Positions 24,202-37,222 of a stretch of DNA of 64,000 bases are shown one piece after another. Every line of letters begins with the position of its first letter. The first letter of the stretch is position 1. The stretch comes from Mobula hypostoma (taxonomy: Eukaryota): NCBI RefSeq assembly GCF_963921235.1, contig NC_086109.1:10914001-10978000 (forward strand), given 5' to 3'. Under the pieces are notes generated by a model. That model made no database searches, had not been told where the DNA came from, and saw nothing but the letters and a program-made list of their open reading frames with translations. The position numbers were made by a program, and so were the translations under genes.

Positions 24202-27200
24202 GATGTTTACAGTTTACATTTACTAATTCTATAGATTTGCTAAGTTTGGCCTGTAGAATCTCAGGGCTGTATGTGGTGACACGTATGTACTCTGATAATA
24301 AATTTTACTTTGAACTTTGAGCAAGAAGGCCCTAGCACTGATGAAGGCAAGTCTCACAGAGAACTCTTTTACATCAATTTCAGATGCAGCCAACTATGGT
24401 GAAGGACAGAATACTTATGTTTTTTTTATAAAAAAGAAATCACTACAAGAAGCATCTGCAGGAAATTGTTCTGGTGGAAAACTCTCCTCAGAACTGAAAC
24501 ATTAAGAAATCAAACTTGTTTTACGTTACAAGGAGGACTGAAGAGGGACTGGTCGGACAAAGTGTAAGGAAGGAGTTAAATTTGATACTAAAACGTGTAG
24601 CACAAAATAGAAGTTTGTAAGACTAAATGGTGTCTACTTGGAATGTGCGAATGGCCTGTTTCTCCCCTTACTGCCCAATGTTTTGTTTCTATTTTGAATG
24701 CATATCGTTAAGATTAGATACTGGTGAAGAATATTTTCCTCTGTACACACCTGCTGTCTCTATTTCTAAGTTATGTGTGTCTACTATCACTGCAGGATTT
24801 GTGTGTGTCCAGAACAAAGAAGCAGCCAGGAATAAGACATTGCAGATTCTACCCGCCCTGCAGAATGCCTCTTCCAGAAGTTCTCTTCTAAAAAGCACTT
24901 TAGAGCTACTAAAATAAAAACTTCACGTGATCTTATAAGTTTTTTCCCTTCAGACAGTTAATCTGATCAACCATTCTACTTAGCCCCCTCTATCTATTAC
25001 CTAGTCACACCACTGCATTGCAGGCACTTTAAACCACATTTTATAATGCTGTTTATATTGTGAATACATGCAGATTTTATGCACATTTTATTCCATATTC
25101 ATATTTTGACCTCTAACTTTATTTTTATATAATTCTTTATTATTTATAATTGCTTAATGTGGCTTTTTGCATCTTGTGCACTAACCATCACACCACAGCA
25201 AATTCCTAATACATGTAAACGTATATGGTGAGTAAATCTGATCCTTGATCCTTGATCTTTATCTCCACATTCCAGCATCAGCAGTATTTTACTCTAATTT
25301 TACTCTATGAATCCATATAATTTCTGTGAGACTTTCTTATATTCGAAGTCTCTTGCCATGAAGGCTAACATCCTATTTGCCAACTAACATCAGTATGTTA
25401 ACTTACAGTGCTCTGTGTACAAAGGACACCCAGGAAATTTAGAAAACTGACACCTGTCAGAGTCCAGATAATTGTTGCTGGGATTGAACCTGGATTCTGA
25501 ATATTGGCTGGGGAGAAGGTGACAGTGTGGGAACTTTCCTGTACTTAGAAATTGTGCCTTGTGTTCTTTCGTGCTAAGCTGAGATGTCTGACAATGAAAG
25601 CTGCTTTTTGGAGTTTCAACCTGGACTTTTGCAATGCGCATATCCTTGGAACGGAATCCACGGCCATGTAACTTGGAGATGGGACCGCCCCCAACTGATC
25701 CATACAGTCATCCTATGCGATGTACGGGACAACAAGGAGATAATGCAACGGGGGATGGTCTCTTCTAGATTTCTTATCAGCTGAGTATTAGTTTGTACAT
25801 TTATGCCTGTGATTACTCAAAGTCAAACCCGATTTACTGTCATATGCACAAGAGCATGGAAGGAGGAGGAAAGGCGATTTGATAGCAGTGAACAAGATGA
25901 TGAGAGGCGTAGATGGAGAGGATAGCCAGAAACTTTTCCCCATGATTGAAATGGCAGTATCGGGGATATAATTTTAAGGTGATTGGAGGAAAGTATAGGT
26001 GGGGATGTCAGAGTTAAGTCTTTTACTCAGAGAGTGGTGGGTGCGTGGAATATGCGTCCAGGGGTTGTAGGCTGATACATAAGGGGCATTTAAAAAACTT
26101 TTAGATAGGCACATGGATGATAGATAAATGGAGAGTTATGTGGGAGGGAAGGGTTAGTTGATCTCAGAGTAGGTTAAAAGGTTAGCACAGCAACGTGGGC
26201 CTAAGGACCTGTACTGTGCTGTATGGTGCAATGAAAAACTTACTTGCAGCAACATCACAGACACATAGCATCAGATAAGCAGCAATAAAAAAAAACACAT
26301 ACTTCAAACATAAATTAGATACAATTTTATAAGGAAGAATACACAAAAGTCATTTTGTGCAAAGTGATCAAAGAGATCTGAGAGTTGCTAAACTGTGGTT
26401 ATTAGGGTTGTGCCATTCGGTTGGAGAACCGAGTGATTGAAGGGAAGTAGCTGTTCCTGAACGTGGTGATGTGCCTCACTTCCTTCCTTTTCTCTCATGG
26501 TCTACTCTCCACTCCAATCAGATTCCTTCTTCTTCAGCCCTTTACATCTTCCACCTATCACCTGGCAGCTTCTCGTCCCCCTTGCCCACCCACCCACCTT
26601 CCCCCTCACCTGGTCTCACCTGTCACCTGCCAGCTCATGCTCCTTCCCGCCCCACCCCCCCAAAGCCGCACCTTCTTACTCCGACTTCCTCCCCCTTCCT
26701 TGCCGGGGCTCGGCCCAAAATGTCGACTGTTTGTTCCACCCCATAGATGCTGCCTGACCTGCTGAGCTCCTCCAGTACTTTGTGTGTGTGTTGCTTAGGC
26801 CTCTCTTCCTCCTGCCCGACGGTAGCTACGAGAATCCGGTACGGCCCGGACGGTGGGGATGGCTGATGACAAGGCCTTCCTGAGACAGCGTGCGCTGCAA
26901 ATACTTCCAATGACGTGTTGGGCTGAGTTCAATCCTCTCTGCGGCTACTTACGTCCCTGCAAATTTGTGAAGCTCTTGAAGCTGATGGAAACCTAATTCT
27001 GGGGAAAGCTGAAATGGAATCTTCCAAGCTGTAGGCCAGAGCCCAGGAGTGATCAGCATCCCTTGTAAGCAGCCATCAAACGCTGCTTCTTTTTCCCCCA
27101 GCCTTAGAGGTTCAAACACCACTGTGTAATATTTCCTGATCCGTGGCACCAATAGGTCACTCTGTTCATTAACCACAGGATATTGAATGTTCTGTAAAGG

Positions 27201-28150
27201 ACTGCAACTCCCCGTCAGTAGTACTCCTCCTGGATATGTACCAAGGCTGTCAGCAGAAATGTGGGTTGTGCTGCGGAGCTGTGTGTTTATTTAACAGGAT
27301 GGGGTTGAATGGAGCGGGGGAGGAGTGAGAGGAGGAGGAAATACATTCTAATTATTGAGGGAAGGGGTACTTGTCTGCACGGTGGAAAACATTCCCTCCT
27401 GGCGTGTGTCTGCGTTGTTTTAATATTTATACATAGTGAAGGACTGAAGTACGCTTAAAATCTGCAAAGACGCTTGTACGAAAAATAAATGTTTATTATA
27501 ATACATATCTGCAAAATTATATATGTGTACATGTGTATATAACCACTGCTTTAAATATACCATATATATTTATTTAAAGCAGAGATTGATAGATCTTAGA
27601 TTAGTAAAGACATCAAAGGTTACAGGAGAAGGCAGGACAGCTTGATTGTGCGAGGGTTAATAAATCAGCAATGATTGAATGGTAGAACAGACTCGATGGG
27701 TCGAATGGCCTGATTCTGCTTCTACGTTTTCTGGTCTTAAATCCCCTCTGCTGTTGCTACGTAGTACACTTTACTGCAGTCGGGGGCTGGTCCTGTGTAA
27801 TGATGTGAGGTGATACAGTGGATTGCCTGCATTTTGAGCCTCTACATCATCGATCAAAAATAAATAGATGCCAAATTAACAAACGCTGTATCCTCCCAAA
27901 ATTCCCGTTCTATTTTTTATTTTAACCTCAAGTGTCAGCACATCGAAAGGCAAAGTTCATGTGCTCACAGGACGGATTAAAAGTGAAACCTATTGGCCAC
28001 CAAGTTTACACACCAGAAAAATATTGATTCTGTTAAAGGTGTTTTATTTAATATTCTCTTTGGATTTTGTATGTGTCAGCAGTACTTTAGGCAGGCTCCA
28101 AAAATAAAGAGAGCCCTGACAGACATTGGACTGAAAATCTAGAAGCTCGG

Positions 28151-28183
28151 TTATTTTTAGTCCATCAATTCCTTACCCACGTG
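28151..28183 (+). promoter_or_regulatory. MEF2 site plus E-box immediately upstream of the FGF ATG
   Basis: TTATTTTTAG at 28151-28160 (reverse complement CTAAAAATAA, the MEF2 consensus) and CACGTG at 28178-28183. FGF6 is known to be skeletal-muscle expressed. Confidence 0.6.
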
Positions 28184-28202
28184 TCGGTTTAAGTTGATTA
28201 GA

Positions 28203-28506
28203 ATGTTCCACCAGGCTCCTCTCCACTGGACCTGGCTGGTTGTTCTGCTCGGCCTTCTAGCTGGGATAGCCTGCCCAGCTCCAATAGCAACGAAAGCAAG
28301 AGGGAGCTTGGAAGGGAGATGGGAGACTCTCCTCTCCAGATCCTTGCATCCGATCTCTGGGAGGAAATTAGACCTCGGCTGGGACAGGGACTATTTCACA
28401 GGAATCAAGAGAGTGAGGAGGCTTTATTGCAATGTTGGCATCGGGTTTCATCTTCAAATCACGACAGATGGACAAATTAGTGGAGCACACCCTGAAAACC
28501 AGTACA
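28203..28506 (+). CDS. fgf6: FGF4/6-subfamily fibroblast growth factor (likely FGF6), coding exon 1
   Basis: ATG at 28203. Hydrophobic signal-like N-terminus (WLVVLLGLLAGIACP), then LEGRWETLLSRS and GIKRVRRLYCNVGIGFHLQ..DGQISGAHPENQY, typical of FGF4/6. Phase-1 donor A|GTAGGT at 28507. Confidence 0.93.
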
Positions 28507-30815
28507 GTAGGTTGTCAGCAGCTTTTCTTGGTTTTATTCCAGTTTCTGTTTGTATTTTTTATAGACGGGCACTTACTCAGGCAAGAGATTCACTCTGTGG
28601 TGCTTAAATGTACAGGTACCTTATGCAAGATTTAAGGAAGCAATATCTCTCTTTATTGACCTTAGAAAATCAATAGGAAATTATCCTGGCCTCATCCTGA
28701 ATGAATCCCACAATCTTTCAATAAGAAGTAATTTCTCTAAAAGGCTGTCCAGAATGTTATTACATGTGTTAAATTCCGCTGAATAGAATAGTCAATTACT
28801 GCAGCACAATTGCTTCCTTATTTAAAAACATGACTTATATGCAACTGGCCTTATGGAATTTATAGTGTTTTGCACTGGGATTGTGAATGTGTTGAGTTCC
28901 TGACTCATCCTCACCAGCTTTGAAATCTTATGTGTTTATGTTAAATGGTGTAATATAAACATTTGCTTAACAATTACCTGATGTTGCAAAGAGGCAGGGG
29001 AGAAGTCTGCGGGACCAAGATACTGGTTAACTTGTATTTTTAAAAATACAAAAAGATTTCAATTGCTGAACACACCACAAATGGTTAAAAACATGTTGCG
29101 GACAAAGCGGATACTGCAAAAATGAGAGTAAAGAATGCCAGTTTGCCTTTGTGTTTCAAGGTAGAGGTGTTTTGACATTCACCGTGAATAATTCTGCACC
29201 TGTCACTTTTGAATCATTGATAATGATGGTTTAATTAAAGGAGATTGAGTATACTTGGACAGGGGGTGGACTTTCAAATAAGGATTACTGCATCTTGGCT
29301 GAAGTACAAGATCAGCTGATACTAGGAGTAATCCCGGGCAGTGGTCAATGCATTTCCCTTGTATTTCAAGCCCTGTTTTATTTTAGACCAGACTCTCCCA
29401 CCTTCACGTCTCCACCCACCAATGCCAAGCCTCCACCCTTCAAAATGCTTGGTCAAAAATAGACCGCATGTGCTACAGCATGACTGTAAGCAAAGTTACA
29501 AGTAGCCTCCTTCGCCACTGAATTATGTGTGCATGTATATACTGTAAGCTTTGAGGAGTAGATTGTCTGCAAAAGTCTACTTTCGTTTGCAATGCATGCA
29601 GACCTTCTGGAATTTCATATTTTAACTACTTTTTACTGCAAAATAGTTTTTCAGAATCAGAAGCAAGTTTATTATCATTGACTTACAGTATGTCGTGAAA
29701 TTTGTTTTGTAACAGCAGTACAGTGCAATAGATGAAAAAATTACTGTATGTTACAAGTATGGTATAAGTAATGCAAAAAGATAGCAAAAAGCTTGGTAAC
29801 CCCCAGGAATGACCCTTTTGCTTCTGTTGTTTGTGTATGCAATCCTGATCTTGCGGAACAAATATTCCTTCAGTAAATGTACAGACGGTAAAAAATGCAG
29901 GAAACAATTTGCAGTGATTACTTAACTTCCAACATCCTTTCCATTAAAAATTGAAGCTGAATGCCTGACACGTGTTTATTTACAATCTCTGTTGAGAACA
30001 TGTTAGCATCCGTTGAGAACTTTAAGGAATGCAAATGAAAGTTAAAGTCATAGAGTCACCGGCTAATACAGCACGGAAATAGGACAATTCTGCCCAACTC
30101 ATCTGCGTTCCCATCAAGCACGACTAGGAACCTGTACAATCAATTTGTGGACCATGTTGCTCAGGGTTTTGGACTATATATTTTTTTTTGCATGACCTTT
30201 TTTTTTGCTCACTATTTTGAACGTGCTGTGTACATTTTGCACCTTGGCCGCAGAGGAAAACTGCTTCAGTCGGCTGTATTCATGTATGGTTGAATAATAG
30301 TTAAACGTGAATTAGATTTACCTACATTTGGCCCATATCCTTCTAGTTCCTTCCTATGCATGTACCTACCCAAATGTCTTTAAAAATATCAAGCGGTAAG
30401 TATTGGGTTGTGGTTATGTTACTGAAGAAGGAAGATTAGCAATTCTATAGCGCCCTTCACATCCCTTGAAGAGCATCCCATTTTCATTTATTTATTTTTA
30501 CTTAGAGATACAATGCGGAGTAGGCTCTCTCAGTCCTTCGAGCCACATCACCTAGCGACCCCCGGAAAACCCAGTTTAACCCACACCTAATCATGGGACA
30601 ATTTACAGTGACTAATTAACCTACCCCGTATGTCTTTCGACTGTGGGAGGAAACTGGAGGATTTGGAAAAAACCCGTTCACTCCACGGGGAGGACGTACA
30701 GAGGATGCCGGTCTGTCGTCGCGTCGTGCTAACCTCAACGTCCCTCACCTGACAGCCAATGAGGAGTGGCCACTGTTGCAACATAGGAAGCAAGAGGAAA
30801 CACTGTAGCAACATG

Positions 30816-31254
30816 CACGCATTGGCCACTTTATTAGGTACCTCCTATATGTAATAAAGTAACCCCTGAATGTATGTTCGTTGTCTTCTGCTGCTGTAGC
30901 CCATCCACTTCAAGGTTCAATGTACTGTGCGTTCAGAGATGCTCCTCTCCACACCACTGTTGTATGAGTTGCTGTCACCTTCCTGTCAGCTTGAACCAGC
31001 GTGGCCATTCTCCTTTGACCTCTCTCACTAACAAGGCAGTTTCAGAGATACTCAAACCACACCATCTGACACCAACAACCATTCCACGATCACATGCCTT
31101 CCCCATTCTGTTGTTTGGTCTGAGCAACAACTGAACCTCTTGATCATGTCTGCATGCTTTTACGCATTGAGTTGCTGCCACATGATTGGCTGATTAGATA
31201 TTTGCATTAACGAGTAGGTGTATTAGCCGTCCCTAATAAAGTAGCCACTGAGTG
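30816..31254 (-). mobile_element. Internally deleted Tc1/mariner element
   Basis: TIRs of the CACTCAGTGGCCACTTTATTAGG type. Transposase N-terminal remnant MGKACDRGMVVGVR..LSISETA. Confidence 0.8.
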
Positions 31255-32884
31255 TAGGAAGCTAAAGGAATCCCTGCTGCAACATAGGAAACAACAACTA
31301 ATTGACAAACAGCAAGTTGTCACAAACAACGGAGTGTTGAAGGGCAGGTAGAGTATCTTTGAGTAGTGTTTATTGATACTTGGTTGTTGATTTATTATCA
31401 TATGTCCCAAGGTAGAGTGAGGAGCTTTGTTTTGCATGTCATACTTGTAGATCATTTCATCACATCAGGACATTGGGGTAAAACAGGGAAAGCAGCAACT
31501 GAATGCAGAATAAGCTTACAGAAAGCGTGCAGTGCAGACAGACAATAAGGCACAAGGCCATGAAAAGGTAATTGTGAGGTGAAGGGCTCATCCTCCCATA
31601 TCTGCTCGGTAGTTTTATCTCACGGTAACAGTAGGAGAGAAGCTGTCCTTGATTCTGATGGTACTTGCTTTCAAAGCTGTTGCGTTTTCAGTCGGAGGGG
31701 GAAGAGGAAGAAGAGAAAATAATGTTCAGGGTATCAAGAATTAGAGGGCATAGACTTAAGATGAAAGAAGAAAGGATTTGATACAAAGGATGGCATGGTA
31801 GCGTGGTGCTTAATGTAATGCTTTACAGCACGAGCTGTAAGCTTGGGGTTCAATTCCCGCTGTTGTCTATAAGGAGTTTGTACATTCCCCCTGTGACCTC
31901 GTGGGCTCCTCTGGGTTCTTTCCACATTCCAAAGGCATACAGTTAGGGTTTGTGAGTTGTGGGCTTGCTATGTTGGCACCTGAGGCATCACCACGCTTGG
32001 AGGTTGCCCAGCATAATCCGCGCTGATTTGATTTGATGCAAAAGGCACATTTCACTATATGTTTCAACGTGTCCATGATGAATAAAGCTGACCTTATCTT
32101 TAAAAACCCAGGGGACAACTTTTTCAACCAGAGCGTGGTCAATATGTGGAATGAGCTACCTGAGGAAGTGCTTGAGGTCAGTATATTAACAACATTCGGG
32201 AACAGTTATTACTATTCAACCATTAGGCTCCTGAACCAGTGCAGTTCACTTCACTTACCTCAACATTGAACAGATTCCACAACTGGATCCATGATTTACG
32301 GACTCTCTTTCAAGGACTCCCCAACTCTTGTTCTCAATATTACTTATTTACTTTTTTTTGTATTTGTAGTTTGTCTTCTTTTGCACATTGGCTGTTTGTC
32401 AGTATTTGTATATAGCTTTTCATTTATTTTGTATTTCTTTGTCCTACTGTAAATGCCTGCAAGTAAATAGTATAAATACTTTGAAAATAAATTTACTTCT
32501 GACTTTGAACTTTCAACATTTAAAAGGTAGCCACATGTATGGACAAGGTTTTGAAGACACGGGCTAAAAGTGAGCAAATAGGATTAATAGATTGGAATCA
32601 TTGTTGGGCAAACATGATAGGGCTGAATTGCCTGTACTCTGTGCTGCATGATTCTATGACTTTAAATGTTGGTCAGTGCTTTGGAAATAACTCTATTGTC
32701 CTGTTTCAAAATAGATTTGTCTTTTATATCCACCAGGAAACAGTCTGTGCCTTTCTCTGAGCTCTCACTCATGACTAAAGTTCTTCAAGCACGTGGCACT
32801 CCCTCAGAATTAAAATATTAGCCTAGAATATTTTTCTGTGCTTCTGTATCAGGAGGAGTTTCAGTAGCTAAGGAACAAGAGGAC

Positions 32885-33255
32885 ACCCATGAGACATAAG
32901 AGTAGAATTAGGCCATTCAGACCATCAAGTCCACTCTGCCATTCTATCATGGTCGATTTATTATCCCTCTTAAACTCCATTCTCTTCCCTTTTCTCCATA
33001 ACCTTTGATGCCCTTTCTAATCAAGAGCCTATGAACCACCACTTTAAATATACCCAACGACTTGGCTTCCGCATTTACAGGTGGCAATGACTTCCACAGA
33101 TTCAATACTCTCTGGCTGAAGTAATTCCTCTTCATCTCTGTTCTAAAGAGATGTTCTTCAGTTCTGAGGCTGTGCCCTTTATTCCTAGACCCTTCCACTA
33201 TGGGAAACATCCTCTCCATGTCAACTCTATCTGGGCATTTCAATATTCGATAGGT
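32885..33255 (-). mobile_element. CR1 LINE 3' fragment
   Basis: DRVDMERMFPIVEGSRNKGHSLRTE..FRTEMKRNYFSQRVLNLWKSLP (ORF 32947..33243). Confidence 0.8.
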
Positions 33256-33789
33256 TTAGACAATTAGACTGAAAAACGTCTTCTTCCTGAGGCTTGTTGT
33301 GCAAATGAATAAGGCTTGCCTGGCTTGCCAATGGCCTTTGAGTGTTATGCATCCTTGATGTCATTTATTGAATGTAAATATGGGATTTTTAAGAAATTAA
33401 GTCGTTCCACATGCATTGTAAATATCTGTTTTGCTCGGATTGGAGAGGCACGGTAATCTTGTTGTCTTGAGTAATGACAATGAAGTTCTCATCTACTCTA
33501 TTTCCAATGAGATCCACTATCATTCTTCAAAACTCCAGTGAGTACAGGCCCTAAGCCTTCAAATGCTCCTCATACCTTAACCGTTTCATTCCCAGGATCA
33601 TTCTCGTGAACTTCCTCTGGACCCTTTCCTTAGATCTTTTCTTAGATAAGAGGCCCAGAACTGCTGACCCAACTCGGCCTTGTTGACACCCAGTACTCAG
33701 CATCTCTGGGTTGCTGTACCAGAGGACTGGATCAATAAGGCAGAGAATAAGCCAGTTTCAGCAGGTGGGGCTCATTAAAACATCAGGAA

Positions 33790-34390
33790 ATAGTGTGTTG
33801 GCTTTCATCAACCACGGAATTGAGTTCAAGATCCATGAGGTAATGTTACAACTATATAAGACCTTAGTTAGACCCCACTTGGAGTAATGTGTTCTGGTCA
33901 CCTCATTAAAGGAAGGATGTGGATACTATAGAGCGAGTGCAGAGGAGATTTACAAGGATGTTGCCTGGATTGGAGAGCATGCCTTATGAGAATAGGTTGA
34001 GTGAACTTGACCTTTTCTCCTTGGAGTGACCTGATGAGAGGTGACCTGATAGAGATGTATAAGATGATGAGAGGCATTGACCGTGTGGACAGCCAGAGGC
34101 TTTTTCCCAGGGCTGAAATGGCTATCACGAGGGGGCATAGTTTTAAGGTGCTTGGAAGTAGGTACAAGGGGAATGTCAGGGGTAAGTTTTCACACAGACA
34201 GTGGTGGGTGCATAGAATGCAATGCCAGCAAAGGTGGTAGAGGCGGATATAATAGGGCATTTTAAAAGACTCTTAGATAGGTATATGGAGCTTAGAAAAA
34301 TAGAGGGAAATTCTAGGTAGTTCCTGAGTAGGTTACATGTGGGCTGAAGGGCCTGTAATGTGCTGTAGATTTCTATGTTTCTATGTTTCT
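33790..34390 (+). mobile_element. CR1 LINE 3' fragment with (ATGTTTCT)n tail
   Basis: LQLYKTLVRPHLE..ERVQRRFTRMLPG..RGDLIEMYKMMRGIDRVD. Tail ttctatgtttctatgtttct. Confidence 0.8.
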
Positions 34391-35167
34391 GTGAAATAAA
34401 GAGCTGGTATTGGTAAGTACGACCCTGAAATCTTACCAGTGATGTCCATGATCCGAGAGAGAATTGTTTCTATGAGGCAGCACAGAGTTTCTATGAGGCA
34501 ACACTTTCTCTCGCAGCTTTGTACCCAAACTTGTTAAAATTCATTACAGTGAATGATTGAACAATTATTAGTGACCACTACCTGGACTAGAGTTGGCTTT
34601 CATAATCCAGTTCAGGAGCCTAATGGTTGTAAATTAATAATTGTTCCTGAATCCAGTAGTGTGGGACCCAAGGCTCCTGTACTTCTTATAACCACCATCA
34701 AGCAGGAGGCCCAGGAGCTTCAGGGCCTACACCACCAGGTTCAGGAACAGTTATTACCCTCCAACCATCAAGATCCTGAACCAGCGTGGATAACTTCACT
34801 TGCCTCAACTCTGAACGGGTCCCTCAACCTACAGACTCGTTGTCAAGGATTCTACAACTCATATTCTCAGTCATATTTATTTATTTATTTTTAATATTTG
34901 CGTATTTTTTTCTTCTTTTACACATTAGTTGTCAGTCTTTGTTTATATATAGATTTTCAGAAATTCTATTGCCTTTAAATGCCTGCATGAGAATGTATCT
35001 CAAGGTAGGACATGTTAACATATACTTACTTTGATAGTAAATTTAATTTGACTTTGAAGGAAGCTCCTCTAATCGAGCTGAAGAGAAAAGGGAAACTCTG
35101 GGTTGATTTCACTGGTGTTGAATATACCTCAGTGGAAATATCCTTGCCCCGCAGTCACCCTGTTCAA

Positions 35168-35845
35168 ATTAGATTAGATTATGAGGACACACAGTCCTCT
35201 TTTATTGTCATTTAGTAATGCATGCATTAAGAAATGATACAATGTTCCTCCAGAATGATATCACAGAAACACAAGACAAACCAAGACTAAAAAAAACTGA
35301 CAAAAACCACATAATTATAACATATAGTTACAACAGTGCAAAGCAATACCGTAGTTTGATAAAGAACAGACCATAGGCACAGTAAGTAAAGTCTCAAAGT
35401 CTCTCGAAAGTCCCATCATCTCACGCAGACGGTAGAAGGAAGAGAAACTCTCTCCTGCCATGAACCTCCAGCGCTGCAAACTTGCCGATGCAGCATCCTG
35501 GAAACACCCGACCACAGCCGACTCTTGAGTCCGTCCGAAAACTTCGAGCCTCCGACCAGCCCTCCGACACCGAGCACCGAGCACCATCTCTGCCGAGTGC
35601 TTCGACCCCAGCCCCGGCAACAGGCAATAGGCAAAGCCGAGGATTTGGGGCCTTCCCCTCCAGAGATTCTCAATTGCACAGTAGCAGTGGCAGCAAAGCA
35701 GACATTTCAGAAGTTTCTCCAGATGTTCCTCTGTGCTTCTCACGTCTGTCTCCATCAAATCAGGATTGTGCATGGCCCCACTTAACAAATACGACATCAT
35801 TTCGGAGTGGCCCCGCACGCTGCGTTGCACCGCCATCTTCTCCTC
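35168..35845 (-). mobile_element. ~680-bp CpG-rich non-autonomous retroposon, copy 1 (YY1-motif head, (AATCT)n tail)
   Basis: End-to-end homologous to 46225-46902. 5' GAGGAGAAGATGGCGG; 3' ATGACAATAAA..ATAATCTAATCTAAT. Confidence 0.8.
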
Positions 35846-36756
35846 TTTCTCTACAGATCCTGTATTCTAATCCATGCACTGCAGCTGCCACAACGCACGT
35901 TGCTATTCTCTGTGCTCCTCTCAAACCCATTCTTCACATCATAGAGTCATTGGGCATTACAGCACAGAAATAGGCCCTTTGGCCCATCTGGTCTGTGATG
36001 AACTATTATTCTGCCTATTTCCATCGACCTGCACCTGGGCCAAAGTCATCCATATCCCTTCCATCCATGTAGCTATGCAAGCAACTCTTAAGTCGTATAG
36101 AGTCATAGGCACACAAATGTCTTGGTAATTGTTAAGGGGCTCTACCACTAATGTATTTGTTGCTTTGATGGCTTAGCATTACATTACAGGCATGATGCCT
36201 GGCAGCACTTTCTGTTCTTTGATTTCAGTATGTTTTAGGCTAATTGGAATAGTGGATAATTGTACCATTGCATAAGCTTTAACTAATGCCTATACTTTAT
36301 ATATTTCATTAAAACACTTGGGATGTTGAAGCTGTAGGTTTATTCAAGCCTTGTGACTAAGTATGTGACTCTGTAGATGTGGTCACCTGCCTTGTAGCTA
36401 GCGTGTTTTGATAATACCATTAAATTGATTGAATTTGTGGTGATGAGTTTTACAATGCACTCTTAAGACCAAGAATTTCAACTGGAGTAATTTCAGAATC
36501 AGAGTCGGATTCAGATTCAGTCCTGATGGTGGGTCTCACCCTGAAATGTCAAGTCTTTATCATCCTCCACTGATGCTGCCTGCCTTGCTGTGTCCCTCCG
36601 GCATTTTGTGTGTGTTGCTTCAGTTTCATAATCACTGATATATGTTGTGAAATTAGTCACTTTGTAGCATCTCAGAATTTGGTGGAAGGAATTACAATTC
36701 TGTACCTCCAGTGAATGATAGTTTACCACTGCTAGTTGGATAATAATTTTTGGAGT

Positions 36757-37222
36757 AACACACACAAAATGCCGGAGGAACTCAGCAGGCCAGGCAGAAT
36801 CTATGGAAAAGAGTAAACAGTCAACGTTTCGGGCCGAGACCCTTCATCAAGAATGAAGTGAAAATGATGAGGAGTCAGAGTAAGGTGGGTGGGGAGGGGG
36901 TGGGAGGAAGAAACATAAGGTTGAGAGGTGAAACTGGAAGGGGGGTGTTGGTGAAGTAAAGGGTTAGGAAGTTGATTGGTAAAGGAGATACAGGGCTGGA
37001 GAAGGGGGAATCTGATGGGAGAGGACAGAAGGCCATGGAAGAAAGAAAAGCAGGGGGAGCACCAGAGGGCGGTGATGGGCAGGCAAGGAGATAAGGTGAG
37101 AGAGCCAAACGGGAATGGGGAATGGTGAAGGAGGGGCCATGACCAGAAGTCCGAGAAATTGAACCTCCAACCTGATAAAATGAACACTGATTTCTTGAAC
37201 TTCCGGTAATGCCCCCCCTTCA
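36757..37222 (-). mobile_element. Penelope-like element 3' end with inverted coding remnant
   Basis: Minus-strand pyrimidine-rich repeat with a degenerate hammerhead (TTGATGAAGGGTCTCGGCCCGAAACGTTGACTG). Inverted + strand piece LQPDKMNTDFLNFR* at about 37165-37209 resembles a Penelope ORF C-terminus. Confidence 0.7.

Noticed and set aside
28194..28607. ORF-track 137-aa protein as a complete gene with a TTG start and hydrophobic C-terminus
   Set aside because: FGF homology stops at the GT donor at 28507; the rest is intron read-through. The ATG at 28203 is the likelier start.
35315..35973. Cluster of 70-170 aa ORFs on both strands
   Set aside because: GC-rich repeat; the reading frames are not conserved in the second copy at 46225-46902.
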